In this document: one piece after another, positions 27,116 through 36,066 of the stretch | How positions within the stretch are numbered: the first letter of the stretch is position 1 | How the letters are laid out: each line of letters opens with the position of its first letter | DNA from: a virus | IMG/VR virus record: IMGVR_UViG_3300027754_000069 | Span: 1-64,000 of that record | Direction: 5' to 3' (one strand) | Length of the DNA stretch: 64,000 bases | Notes under the pieces: model-generated | Seen by the model: the letters and a program-made list of their open reading frames with translations, nothing else | What the model was told of the DNA's origin: nothing | Databases searched by the model: none | Made by a program: the position numbers and the translations under genes

Positions 27116-27147
27116 GCAAGACCAAACCCAACCGAAAGGAAACGATA

Positions 27148-27615
27148 ATGACAGCAATAGAACAAGCAGTACAAGAAGCAGTAGGCATAGCATCACTCAG
27201 CGAAGCAGATAAACTGCGAGTTGACCTTGAAAGCGCAAGCACCACAGTCAACGCACTCCGCGTCGCCGTCAACAATCATCGCAATCAAGTACGTGATTTA
27301 TACACAGCACTCAACGACACCATCCAAGATGGTGGATGTGAAGAGACAAGCAACATCACCTTCGGTGAGTTGTCCGAGATACTCAAAGATGTATTCGGTA
27401 GTGAACTGGTGTTCACTAAAGAGTACGAAGTGCAGGTTCGATACACCATGTATGCAACGTTCAAGATAACAGCAGCATCTGAAGATGATGCTCGTTCAAT
27501 CGCCGAAGAGATTGGTATCAGCACAGACCCAGAGTGGGATATCGATACCGATAACACAGAGCCAGACTCATGGCATATCGATGACACACGTATCGACTAC
27601 ATACAGGAGGCATAA
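27148..27615 (+). CDS. Hypothetical acidic protein
   Basis: AACCGAAAGGA RBS before ATG 27148. Confidence 0.7.
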   Translation: MTAIEQAVQEAVGIASLSEADKLRVDLESASTTVNALRVAVNNHRNQVRDLYTALNDTIQDGGCEETSNITFGELSEILKDVFGSELVFTKEYEVQVRYTMYATFKITAASEDDARSIAEEIGISTDPEWDIDTDNTEPDSWHIDDTRIDYIQEA

Positions 27616-27617
27616 CG

Positions 27618-27881
27618 ATGGCAACAATCAGACGAGGTGCGACCTGCCCCAATGGGGCAGTCATCGTCGACGCTAAAAACTCATGGGTAGATGGTGAGAA
27701 AATCATCCTCTGCCTATGGCTGAAAGACATACAAGGTAGCGAACCAATGCTACGAAACGCTGACCCTTACGTAACTTGGAGGGCATACCTCCACCCAGAT
27801 ACAGGGGAAATCGTATGTAACACTGGTCATTACCATGACAAACTCTCCGATGCAGTTGTTGACTTTGCCAGCCGTATCTGA
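27618..27881 (+). CDS. Hypothetical protein
   Basis: AGGAGG RBS; DPYVTW...GHY motif. Confidence 0.7.
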   Translation: MATIRRGATCPNGAVIVDAKNSWVDGEKIILCLWLKDIQGSEPMLRNADPYVTWRAYLHPDTGEIVCNTGHYHDKLSDAVVDFASRI

Positions 27882-27894
27882 GAATATATTCTCA
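27879..27894. promoter_or_regulatory. Perfect 16-bp palindrome TGAGAATATATTCTCA (possible operator) before DUF932 gene
   Basis: Overlaps a TTGCCA-16-TATTCT candidate promoter. Confidence 0.45.
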
Positions 27895-27922
27895 CAACCA
27901 ACCCGACCCGAAAGGAAATGAT

Positions 27923-28897
27923 ATGACAACAAGAACAGAACGACGCCAAGCAATGAGCGTGGCAGGTTACGAAGTAACAGCAACATCAGCACATGATGCA
28001 GCAGTACAAGCAGGACTTGACTGGCAAGTTTCACTTGCTGAGGTTGAAGCCATCGCATTAAACAACGACGGCGTTAGCCGTCTGCCAGTACCGAATACAT
28101 TCGCCACTGTACGTACCGATAAGGATGGCGGACAGTCTGTACTAGGTACAGTTGGTAGCCGATACAAAGTATTCCAGAATGATGAGATGTTCTCAGCGTT
28201 GGATGCACTGGTTGACTCTGGTGAAGCCAGATATGCAGCAGCTGGTGCATTACGTGACGGTGCTCAAGTCTGGATGACACTTGCACTTCCAAAGGAAGTG
28301 AAGATTGCAGGTGACCCACATGCAGGGTACTTACTAGCACGAACATCACACGATGGTTCATGTTCACTTGGTATCCAGCCAATCGTTAACCGATTGTTCT
28401 GCACCAATCAAATCTCTGGCATCTTCCGTAAGGATACGAAGTATTCCTTGCACCACACAACCAACGCTAACCTCAAGGTCAATGACCTTCGCAAGATGTT
28501 AGATGTAATCTATACTGGCATCGAGACATATGAATCTGTGGCTGACCAGTTGTTGAATACAACTGTAAGTGACAATCAAGTTGAAGCCATCTTCAAGAAG
28601 ATGTGGTCATTACCTAGTACAACAGAGTCAGCACCATACTTCCGTCTCTCCACAGGGGAGAAGCGCCAGTTCAACAAAGCAACTGAGGCTCGTACTCAAG
28701 CAATGAATATCTACCAAGGTAGCACTGGTACACAGGAAAACATTAAAGGCACAGCCTTCGGTGCTTTCCAAGCCATCGTTGAGTACGTCGACTGGTTCAG
28801 CCACAAATCAGGAGCAGTACGTGCTGAACGTGTGGTGTCTGGTTCATTCGACCGAACTAAGAGCAAGGCTCTTGAACTAATCACGAGAGGGGTATAA
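27923..28897 (+). CDS. DUF932-family protein
   Basis: AGLDWQV, LGTVGSRYKVFQN, SHDGS, RLFCTNQ, GTAFGAFQAIVEYVD motifs. Confidence 0.85.
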   Translation: MTTRTERRQAMSVAGYEVTATSAHDAAVQAGLDWQVSLAEVEAIALNNDGVSRLPVPNTFATVRTDKDGGQSVLGTVGSRYKVFQNDEMFSALDALVDSGEARYAAAGALRDGAQVWMTLALPKEVKIAGDPHAGYLLARTSHDGSCSLGIQPIVNRLFCTNQISGIFRKDTKYSLHHTTNANLKVNDLRKMLDVIYTGIETYESVADQLLNTTVSDNQVEAIFKKMWSLPSTTESAPYFRLSTGEKRQFNKATEARTQAMNIYQGSTGTQENIKGTAFGAFQAIVEYVDWFSHKSGAVRAERVVSGSFDRTKSKALELITRGV

Positions 28898-28899
28898 CT

Positions 28900-29130
28900 A
28901 TGACGGAGAATCCGTTACAAAAATATGTAGATGAGTTTGACCAAGAGGTTGCTCAGCCTCCGCTATCAGCGGAGGATGGGCAGTACCTACTCAAAGCTTT
29001 GGATTATCTAGCCATCTACTCAGAAAAAAATAATCAACCAGAATTGGTTGAGCAGCCACGTCATGATGAACTAGAAGTAACCATGACTGCCGTCACCCTG
29101 TATTCACGACAGGAGAATACCGATGGGTAA
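28900..29130 (+). CDS. Hypothetical protein
   Basis: Operon packing, RBS. Confidence 0.6.
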   Translation: MTENPLQKYVDEFDQEVAQPPLSAEDGQYLLKALDYLAIYSEKNNQPELVEQPRHDELEVTMTAVTLYSRQENTDG

Positions 29131-29350
29131 ACTTGAGAACAACACCACGTTAGTGGTGCGTGAACCATCGCTAGTAATTAGACCTGTCGCTGGATGGTCA
29201 TGGTATTGTGGATATCATGATACCTATGGTATCGGTGACGATGAGGACGAAGTTCTCTGGATGGCTGGTGCTCACATGTACTACAAAGAAGCAGACGGTG
29301 ATGTCTGTGAAATCTATACACGAGAATGGGAAGTGAGGAAAGAAGCATGA
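29123..29350 (+). CDS. Hypothetical protein
   Basis: AGGAG RBS, overlap. Confidence 0.6.
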   Translation: MGKLENNTTLVVREPSLVIRPVAGWSWYCGYHDTYGIGDDEDEVLWMAGAHMYYKEADGDVCEIYTREWEVRKEA

Positions 29351-29478
29351 TACATATAGCAAGTGTGGTTCTTATCTGTGCTTACTGCAATGCAGAGATT
29401 GAACGACGCACAGAACTAGAAGCAACCGAAGCACTGGCTCACCATCAGCAGTACGTCCAGTGTATTAAGAACTACTAA
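29347..29478 (+). CDS. 43-aa putative zinc-finger protein (CxxC...H..C)
   Basis: ATGA and TAATG coupling fill the gap exactly. Confidence 0.5.
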   Translation: MIHIASVVLICAYCNAEIERRTELEATEALAHHQQYVQCIKNY

Positions 29479-29810
29479 TGGCACGACCACGTCCAACTGA
29501 AATCAAGTTAGTTGCTAACTTGTTAGACCCAGACAACACAAACTCCGAAAGTGCTAGCGAGTTAGCGTTAGAGATTATCGAAGCTCTTGATGTATCAAGA
29601 GGTAAGCGTGACTCTTATGTACTCGTAGCACAGCTTGCAAGGTGGGCTCCAGTTCAAGCGTGGGGTGAGTTCAACACACAACTACAAGCAGAGAAGTTTG
29701 TTAAGCATCTGACTGCCGTAGATATAGAAGGCGATGGGGGCAGAGCCCTCATCGTCCACCTCGAACAACCAGAAAAACTATTAGAACGGATTGGAGAATC
29801 GAAGAAATGA
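29478..29810 (+). CDS. Hypothetical protein
   Basis: Coupled start. Confidence 0.65.
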   Translation: MARPRPTEIKLVANLLDPDNTNSESASELALEIIEALDVSRGKRDSYVLVAQLARWAPVQAWGEFNTQLQAEKFVKHLTAVDIEGDGGRALIVHLEQPEKLLERIGESKK

Positions 29811-29950
29811 TTACATTTATTATCGCATCAGCAGTAGGTTTCTTTGCCTATCGGTTGGGTAAGAAGAAAGGCGAAGCCGATATGTATCGGCTTTGCTATG
29901 ACGCCGAACAAACCAAGAGAGAATTCTTCTCAGGCATAAGTCGGTGGTAA
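29807..29950 (+). CDS. 47-aa membrane-anchored protein
   Basis: MITFIIASAVGFFAYRLGKKK; ATGA overlap; ends before terminator. Confidence 0.55.
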   Translation: MITFIIASAVGFFAYRLGKKKGEADMYRLCYDAEQTKREFFSGISRW

Positions 29951-29956
29951 AGGGAG

Positions 29957-29989
29957 AGGCGGGGGATTATTCCTCCGCCTTTTCTTTTT
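29957..29989 (+). terminator. Intrinsic terminator of early operon at the convergence point
   Basis: AGGCGGGGGA-TTAT-TCCTCCGCCT then TTTCTTTTT. Confidence 0.75.
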
Positions 29990-30746
29990 CACGCGCCTGT
30001 GCCTTCATGCTATTCATCATCGTAATCCAATAGAGTTTATAGAACTCTTCATCATATGCAAACCGTTTCATATGCTTAACCCCAGCACCAGTATGACCAT
30101 ACAATGGGACGCCTGCTTCCTTCATGTTCATGAAGAACTGGATATCCTCACCAATAAATCTATCCTTGCCATCAGCGCTGCCACCATCTGTCTCTAAGAA
30201 CAGTGGCTTATCGCCATGGAATTCTCGTATCTTGTCAGCTGCATTGCGATGCATAAGTAAGAAGCCAAACCCAGCGTAATCAATCTTAAGTAATTCATTC
30301 GGTGGCAAGGGATGGATGTATGACATGCTGTACTTATCATCCTCCGATGCATGAAACAGCGCAGCATACGGCTGCATGATAGAGCTTTCCATCTGCTTAC
30401 TAATGTAATAGGTTCCGCTAACAACAGGTCGGTTGACTGGGTCAGCTGAATCCCATACCAACTTAAGCGCCTCGTTCGTAAGAACGATGTCGCTATCTAC
30501 CCAGAGTATCCAATCAAAGTTAGTCTTCTTATGCCAAGTATCGAACGCTGTCTCACGTTGCCTGCCTATCTGATTGCCTTGCACACGCTGAGCTGATGTG
30601 ATTGGTAGACCCGCAGTTAACAGGGAATACACCACACCTTCCATGAACTTGCCATCAACAGTTCCATTGTCACACCAAGTCAACATGATTTGATTGTTAA
30701 CTACCTTTGGTGTTACCTGCTTAGAAGGATTGCCTGACTTACCCAA
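29967..30746 (-). CDS. GT-A fold (GT2-like) glycosyltransferase
   Basis: WILWVDSD (DxD), GFGFLLMHR, GEDIQF; TTG start after AGGAGG. Confidence 0.8.
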   Translation of the reverse strand: MGKSGNPSKQVTPKVVNNQIMLTWCDNGTVDGKFMEGVVYSLLTAGLPITSAQRVQGNQIGRQRETAFDTWHKKTNFDWILWVDSDIVLTNEALKLVWDSADPVNRPVVSGTYYISKQMESSIMQPYAALFHASEDDKYSMSYIHPLPPNELLKIDYAGFGFLLMHRNAADKIREFHGDKPLFLETDGGSADGKDRFIGEDIQFFMNMKEAGVPLYGHTGAGVKHMKRFAYDEEFYKLYWITMMNSMKAQAREKEKAEE

Positions 30747-30915
30747 TGCTACTACCTCCTGCCCATCCTCCACCTTTAAAGTGGATAGGTGCTGCGACAA
30801 ACAGCTTAGTTAATGTGACGTTGCAGTCTTCACATTTAGGAAACTCTTCCCCATCTTTGATATTAATCTCTGTAACTTTCTCACAGGTTACGCATTTGAA
30901 ATCCCATGTTGCCAT
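30739..30915 (-). CDS. FmdB-like zinc-ribbon protein
   Basis: WDFKCxxC...CxxC...IHFKGGGW. Confidence 0.75.
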   Translation of the reverse strand: MATWDFKCVTCEKVTEINIKDGEEFPKCEDCNVTLTKLFVAAPIHFKGGGWAGGSSIG

Positions 30916-31553
30916 TAGTATGGTGCTCCCCCTCCAAGTAGTTCTGATATGTCTCGTATCCCTCGTGCTGATATCTGTTCTACTCGCTGAGGTGAGATGT
31001 CCCAAGCTGTTGCTATCTCCGTTAATGGCTGGTCGTGAGCGAAGCGACTGTTAAGTATCCCTTGTGTACGTGGGTCCAGCTTCTTCATAGCTCTGTCAAC
31101 ATCAGCCAGCATAGCCAGCAAGTTGTTACCTTCGCTTGCTTGCTTCTTAGCTTTGATGCCATGTACATCTGGGTCTAACACTTGGTTGGTTAGATGTGCA
31201 TCTTCGGAACCAAGAACTTTAATTAAACCTTCAATCATTTCAATACGATAGTAGTACTCATCACCAAGCTCATAGCCAAGAGCTCTTGCCTTTTCTTTGC
31301 GAGCGTATCGCTCGCCTGCTCTACGCATGAAAGTAGAGAAAGCTTTGTAACCCATTCGTCTTTCGTTCTCTTCTTCACGCATGAGATACTCTTTGACTTT
31401 GTCTTTACGTTTCCAAGCGTACTCATTCATAGCTTGCTTGATGTCTGCCTGCTCGGCAAACCTGTGGTATTTCTTTGAAATATTATATGAAAGTACAGAT
31501 GTAATATCGTTTACTTGTTCCCAAATAGAATGGTCGCGGTTCAGCTCAGCCAT
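30915..31553 (-). CDS. Sigma-factor-like HTH protein (sigma70 region 4)
   Basis: C-terminal LDPRTQGILNSRF...LTEIATAWDISPQRVEQI HTH. Confidence 0.7.
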   Translation of the reverse strand: MAELNRDHSIWEQVNDITSVLSYNISKKYHRFAEQADIKQAMNEYAWKRKDKVKEYLMREEENERRMGYKAFSTFMRRAGERYARKEKARALGYELGDEYYYRIEMIEGLIKVLGSEDAHLTNQVLDPDVHGIKAKKQASEGNNLLAMLADVDRAMKKLDPRTQGILNSRFAHDQPLTEIATAWDISPQRVEQISARGIRDISELLGGGAPY

Positions 31554-31833
31554 GTGCCTTCACCAGATATTCAATTGACTTAAGCAGTAGAGCAGGGTCA
31601 TCACCTAATAAACCAAGGGCGCGATTATGGTTACTGCAAAGTAATCCTCGCACCTTGCCACTCTTATGACAATGGTCGATGTCGAGCGCTCTGCCTTGGG
31701 GAGGTTCACCACAAATGTAGCAAGTCCCACCTTGGTCTTCGAGCATTTGGTCGTACTCTTCCACGCTAATACCGTAAGACCGTATGCGAGAACCACGTGC
31801 TTCTTCGTAGGTTTTATTTCTTTTGCGTGGCAT
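31546..31833 (-). CDS. Endonuclease VII-family protein
   Basis: YGISxEEY..QGGxCxIC...IDHCH..GKVRGLLCxxHNxxLG. Confidence 0.88.
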   Translation of the reverse strand: MPRKRNKTYEEARGSRIRSYGISVEEYDQMLEDQGGTCYICGEPPQGRALDIDHCHKSGKVRGLLCSNHNRALGLLGDDPALLLKSIEYLVKAHG

Positions 31834-32131
31834 ACTTCTCCCAGATGCCTCGCTCTACCATTAACGCAATGATTGCGTAGTTGGCTATGTCAACGAAGCT
31901 ATCTTCAAGTGCCTCGTTGTTTGGTTCAATATTGTTATAGATTAAATTCTTTAATCGTTCCAGCTTATCTGACATACGAACCATCAACCCATTGGTTGCA
32001 CCACCAGGTGCATTCCATATATTAAGGGGACCGTAATCAATTTGCTTCATTACTAAAATAGATAGAAGCTCATCGTAAATTCCTTGAGCGTCTTCCTGGA
32101 AATTATCGATGGTTAGTTTGTTCGTTGCCAA
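31814..32131 (-). CDS. Nucleotide-modification-associated domain 1 (DUF1599-like) protein
   Basis: KQxDYG...RMSDKLxRLxNL...EDSFxDIANYAII. Confidence 0.75.
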   Translation of the reverse strand: MATNKLTIDNFQEDAQGIYDELLSILVMKQIDYGPLNIWNAPGGATNGLMVRMSDKLERLKNLIYNNIEPNNEALEDSFVDIANYAIIALMVERGIWEKYATQKK

Positions 32132-32142
32132 CGGAGCCCTTT

Positions 32143-32790
32143 CTAATCGTCTAGTGCATTAATCAATGCTGTTAATGCTTGAGCTCCTTGGTCAGCAATT
32201 ATACTATTGATATCAGAATCAGGCGGTAACGACACGCGCATGGCTTGAGGTATTGCATCTACTAATCTGCGAGCCAAGTCCTGTCCTGGATTAGAACCAT
32301 CTTCTTTAACATCGTTATCTGTGGCTACAATTACTCTACCTATGCCATCAAAACAACGTGAGAAATAAGGCTTCCAAGCGTTAACGCCAGCAACAGCGAC
32401 AGCAGGATGCCCAGCAAGAGTAGCAGATATCGCATCAATCTCTCCTTCAACTATTAATACCTCCCTTACAGCATGAATGATTGCGTTGACATTATATAGA
32501 TGGTGCTTCTGACCAGTAGGTATCATGTACTTAGGGTCACCATCATCAATCCGACGGAACTTGAACCCGACAACACCAGCATTAGTAATATACGGAATAG
32601 ATAAATGCTTTTTAATTCTGTCTTCATGACCAGCAGCAGGTTCTTCCACGTAGCCCAACAGGAATTGTTGGGCGCCAGCAAGGATGCCACGCTTCTCAAG
32701 GTACGCCTCAGCTGGTGAACCAGCCAAAGAATTATGATAGGTGTGTGCTGCCTTTGTCCAGAGTTCAATGAGCTTAGGATTGGTTCTCAC
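32143..32790 (-). CDS. DNA primase, catalytic TOPRIM part
   Basis: YLEKRGI, PKY, IVEGEIDA, ATDND, DINS motifs. Confidence 0.88.
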   Translation of the reverse strand: MRTNPKLIELWTKAAHTYHNSLAGSPAEAYLEKRGILAGAQQFLLGYVEEPAAGHEDRIKKHLSIPYITNAGVVGFKFRRIDDGDPKYMIPTGQKHHLYNVNAIIHAVREVLIVEGEIDAISATLAGHPAVAVAGVNAWKPYFSRCFDGIGRVIVATDNDVKEDGSNPGQDLARRLVDAIPQAMRVSLPPDSDINSIIADQGAQALTALINALDD

Positions 32791-33317
32791 TTCTTCTCCT
32801 GTCTATGTGTAATGAATGGAGGCGCAGTATACACATCATTACGAGCAGCAATCTGCATTGCTTGCTTCCATGTTGCCCCGCCTGCCAGTGCGCCAAGAGC
32901 CCATGATGAGCCAGACCCTATCCCATACAGACCATCGTCACGCAGGTATACAGAATAGTTATCATCTACTTGGTAGATGGTGCCGTTGATTGCTAATAAA
33001 AATTCAAACCCAGCATCCTCGTCATCCTTACTTGGGGTATAGCCAGAATCTTTGATGCACTCTCTCATGCTAGGTACAACTGTTGTAATCATAAAATGAT
33101 ATTCATCTTTAATGTTAGCTGGGATAGTTGGTGGTTTCCACACGTGCTGCATCACATCGCATGGTTGTACGTCACCAGCACCAGCAACCAACCACTTGCC
33201 ACGTTTAGTTATCTTAGTAACTATCGGATGCGAGAATGGTCTACCGCCTGCGGTAGTACGTGAGTCGGCTGCAAATATGCAGCCGTTGTCTTGTTGGATA
33301 CCAATGATAGTTGTCAC
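32787..33317 (-). CDS. Proteasome-beta/HslV-like Ntn hydrolase
   Basis: (M)TTIIGI...AADSR...K...AGAGD...GIGSGSxxAxGAL...D; N-terminal Thr after Met removal. Confidence 0.75.
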   Translation of the reverse strand: MTTIIGIQQDNGCIFAADSRTTAGGRPFSHPIVTKITKRGKWLVAGAGDVQPCDVMQHVWKPPTIPANIKDEYHFMITTVVPSMRECIKDSGYTPSKDDEDAGFEFLLAINGTIYQVDDNYSVYLRDDGLYGIGSGSSWALGALAGGATWKQAMQIAARNDVYTAPPFITHRQEKK

Positions 33318-33646
33318 AGTGAAGCCCTCAATCTTGGTGGCGTCCAACGCCCACTTGACTTCTTACGTCCACGAGTTGGAGCAGACTGCTGTGATTCCTT
33401 GCCAATGTTTTTCTCTGCCCACTTACGAGCTTCTGGGTATGTTAGCTTCTCACGAGCCATGATTATCTGTATACCAGAACCACTTCCGCTACATGCATAA
33501 CATACCCAGACGCCCTTGTCTGAGTTTACTGAAGCAGACTTACGTGAGTCGTCATGTACAGGACACAAGATTGATTTCTCCCCGCCAAGTGGCAAGGTCA
33601 ATCCGTAATGACTGAAGACTGCTTCTAAAAACTCAGACTGATTCAT
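33314..33646 (-). CDS. DNA primase, CHC2 zinc-binding part
   Basis: CPVHDD...SASV...WxCYAC..SG. Confidence 0.88.
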   Translation of the reverse strand: MNQSEFLEAVFSHYGLTLPLGGEKSILCPVHDDSRKSASVNSDKGVWVCYACSGSGSGIQIIMAREKLTYPEARKWAEKNIGKESQQSAPTRGRKKSSGRWTPPRLRASL

Positions 33647-33649
33647 TTG

Positions 33650-34027
33650 TTAATACCAATTCCTTTCCTGGTGGAACCTGTACGCCCCGCACCAAGTGTC
33701 ATAACGATGAAGCACATACTTGTGTGCCTCCTGAGTCTGTTTGAGTATAGACCAATGAGGTTTCCCCCATAGTAGCTGCCATACTCCACGTGCTCCACTC
33801 GATTTGTTGAATGAATCCGTGTTGTAGCGACTCTCTTTGTACGCAATACGTTTTGCACATAGTCGCTGCTCTTTCTCGGTTACGAACTGAGCAATTGCAT
33901 ACTCCACCTTCTGCTCTTTTGTCATTACTGACATACGAACTTCTTGTGTGAGTATGGGTGACAACGCTTGTGCTGGTGAAACCAGCGCCATCGCTGTTGC
34001 TATGCCCATCGTTATCGCTAACCGCAT
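33650..34027 (-). CDS. Secreted lytic-transglycosylase-like protein
   Basis: Signal peptide; KESR (catalytic Glu), SSGARGVWQ, C-terminal WY. Confidence 0.7.
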   Translation of the reverse strand: MRLAITMGIATAMALVSPAQALSPILTQEVRMSVMTKEQKVEYAIAQFVTEKEQRLCAKRIAYKESRYNTDSFNKSSGARGVWQLLWGKPHWSILKQTQEAHKYVLHRYDTWCGAYRFHQERNWY

Positions 34028-34065
34028 AGTTACCTCTTTTCATTTTGTGAGTAGCCGTAACTTGC

Positions 34066-34419
34066 TCACTGATGTCCATTGTAACCTGCCTGTTTAAGCA
34101 GATTCACCCAGAGTTCCGCAGGCATTACTGCATACGACTCTGAGATATTAGAAGTGCCACGCTTCTTGATTAACACAACGCCTGTCTCTGCATCGGCATG
34201 TGTCATCTCATTCTCCAGTTCCCGAAGATACTGAGGAATTCTAATTGCTTTCTCATTCTTACATTCTATAACCACACCATTGATACCGTCAATATCTCCG
34301 ACATCATCGTGTCTGCCTGCACCATATGCGCGTTCAGCGCATGGATAGCCCATGGTTACTAACCACTTAACTACATCACGTTCGTACTGTGAGCCTTTAC
34401 GTTTAGCTGCTGATGTCAT
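34066..34419 (-). CDS. Holliday junction resolvase (PD-(D/E)xK, Hjc-like)
   Basis: KRKGxxYERDV, GDIDG, IECKN. Confidence 0.8.
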   Translation of the reverse strand: MTSAAKRKGSQYERDVVKWLVTMGYPCAERAYGAGRHDDVGDIDGINGVVIECKNEKAIRIPQYLRELENEMTHADAETGVVLIKKRGTSNISESYAVMPAELWVNLLKQAGYNGHQ

Positions 34420-34685
34420 ACGTAATCTCCTGGTATCAATGAGTCTAGTTTTATATTTAACTTACGACGTATCTTCATTCTTTCACGTGGTGTCAATCCA
34501 CCCCATAGACCATACCCTTCATGGAGTACTGCCCAGTCAAGACATTCTTTCTTTACTTGACAACCAGAACATATTTTTTTACCAAAGGAATACATTGATG
34601 TATCACCTTCGTTCTCAGAATCTGGGTAAAAAAAATCGCTACCAACTTCTCTGCACTGACCACGTGATAGGTCTGGCATACGCAT
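34416..34685 (-). CDS. whiB: WhiB-family transcription regulator
   Basis: Four Cys (C...CxxC.....C) and GLWGGLTPRER. Confidence 0.95.
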   Translation of the reverse strand: MRMPDLSRGQCREVGSDFFYPDSENEGDTSMYSFGKKICSGCQVKKECLDWAVLHEGYGLWGGLTPRERMKIRRKLNIKLDSLIPGDYV

Positions 34686-34695
34686 CTGTAACTCC

Positions 34696-34857
34696 TTAAG
34701 GTCGGCGGTTTAATCTATAAAGATTTTCCCAGTACTTTAACGCAACTTCATCCGTAACTGCAAGATATTGTAACCTTTTTCTTTTTTGCACACCAAGGTA
34801 GGCAAGTACATGCCACTTAATCCAAGCACCACGTATATAGATGGTTGGCTTAATCAT
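34696..34857 (-). CDS. Hypothetical 53-aa protein
   Basis: Fills gap between nuclease and whiB, overlapping start. Confidence 0.45.
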   Translation of the reverse strand: MIKPTIYIRGAWIKWHVLAYLGVQKRKRLQYLAVTDEVALKYWENLYRLNRRP

Positions 34858-35242
34858 TCTTTAATTCTTTCATCACATCTAATAGGTTCTCTACCGTAAT
34901 CAGATAGCCCTTGCTTCTATTCGGTGGTATCTCACAAGTAATCTCTCGACCAAACTTTTTAATTGCATACAACACATGACCAGTTGGAACCATGAGCACA
35001 CCACGTTCAAGTACGAACGCCCAGTATGCAGCTTTAGTTACCATCACACCTGACGGTTCCCAATTCTGGGAACGTCGATACCAGCATTCAACTTCTATAT
35101 ATAGGTTATTGGTTGACCACCATTTGCGGTCACGTTTAACTTCTACTGTGCCACCTTCGGTCAGTAGTTGATTTACTAGTGACTCGCCTTCTTGACCAAA
35201 TCTAAAATCTAAATCAAATGACGATAGATTTTCTACTGCCAT
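34850..35242 (-). CDS. Putative PD-(D/E)xK nuclease-fold protein
   Basis: FDLD..GxEGE...VEVKRD...NLYIE. Confidence 0.6.
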   Translation of the reverse strand: MAVENLSSFDLDFRFGQEGESLVNQLLTEGGTVEVKRDRKWWSTNNLYIEVECWYRRSQNWEPSGVMVTKAAYWAFVLERGVLMVPTGHVLYAIKKFGREITCEIPPNRSKGYLITVENLLDVMKELKND

Positions 35243-36066
35243 TGCGATAACGTTCTTGCTCTATGTAAATCAGATGGAGAGTTGTAAAGAACCATCTTGC
35301 TTGCTTCCGCCGATAAAGTTACATAGCTTTCTGCAGTTGGGTCTGCCTTGCCATGTCTGTTCTTTACAACAGCAACTCGATAATTAGAGGAAGCACTATC
35401 CAGAGCCACCGAAAGGACCAACTCTGGTAGTGCTGCCACCTTACCCATCAATGCTTTACGTGGTGCTGGGTAGTTCGGCTTAGACATCTTCTCATTCTCG
35501 GAAACGTGGTGCAGGACGATGAATGCCGATTCATACTCACGAGCCATGTAGTGAAACGCTGACATGGCATCGCGTAGTGCAGTCCACTCGTTATCACTTG
35601 CGGATGCTACGTTCATTAAGTTGTCTACATATACAGCAGTAGGTGCCGAACCATGCAATTCAATCCACGCTTCTATCTCCTCTTCAATGTCTTGAAGAGA
35701 AGGTGCTGGGTCGAACGCGAATCGTACATGGTCGGCACCTTCCGCTAGCGCATCCTCAAGGAGAACGCTTGCTTCGGTATCCATCAATCTTTCTACATCA
35801 GCAACATCTTTATTCATAAGTATTGCACCAGCGCGAGTAGCGATGGTACGTGAATCAGAGTCAGCTGATATATATAACGACGGAACCTTAGATGTAATTG
35901 CGTACCATAATGCAAGTAGTGTCTTACCTCCGCCTGGTTGACCAGCGACCAAATGCAATTGCGCTTGGCGAAAGACAACTTGACTGGCTGTGAGTTGAGG
36001 CAGGATTTCTGGTAGTTGATGACCAACTGGTGACTCGACACCCACTACTTGCAAGAGGCTACGCAC
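35233..36066 (-). CDS. DnaB-like (SF4) replicative helicase, C-terminal ATPase only
   Basis: AGQPGGGKT, YVDNL, VLHH, VVKNRHG. Confidence 0.88.
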   Translation of the reverse strand: MRSLLQVVGVESPVGHQLPEILPQLTASQVVFRQAQLHLVAGQPGGGKTLLALWYAITSKVPSLYISADSDSRTIATRAGAILMNKDVADVERLMDTEASVLLEDALAEGADHVRFAFDPAPSLQDIEEEIEAWIELHGSAPTAVYVDNLMNVASASDNEWTALRDAMSAFHYMAREYESAFIVLHHVSENEKMSKPNYPAPRKALMGKVAALPELVLSVALDSASSNYRVAVVKNRHGKADPTAESYVTLSAEASKMVLYNSPSDLHRARTLSQWQ

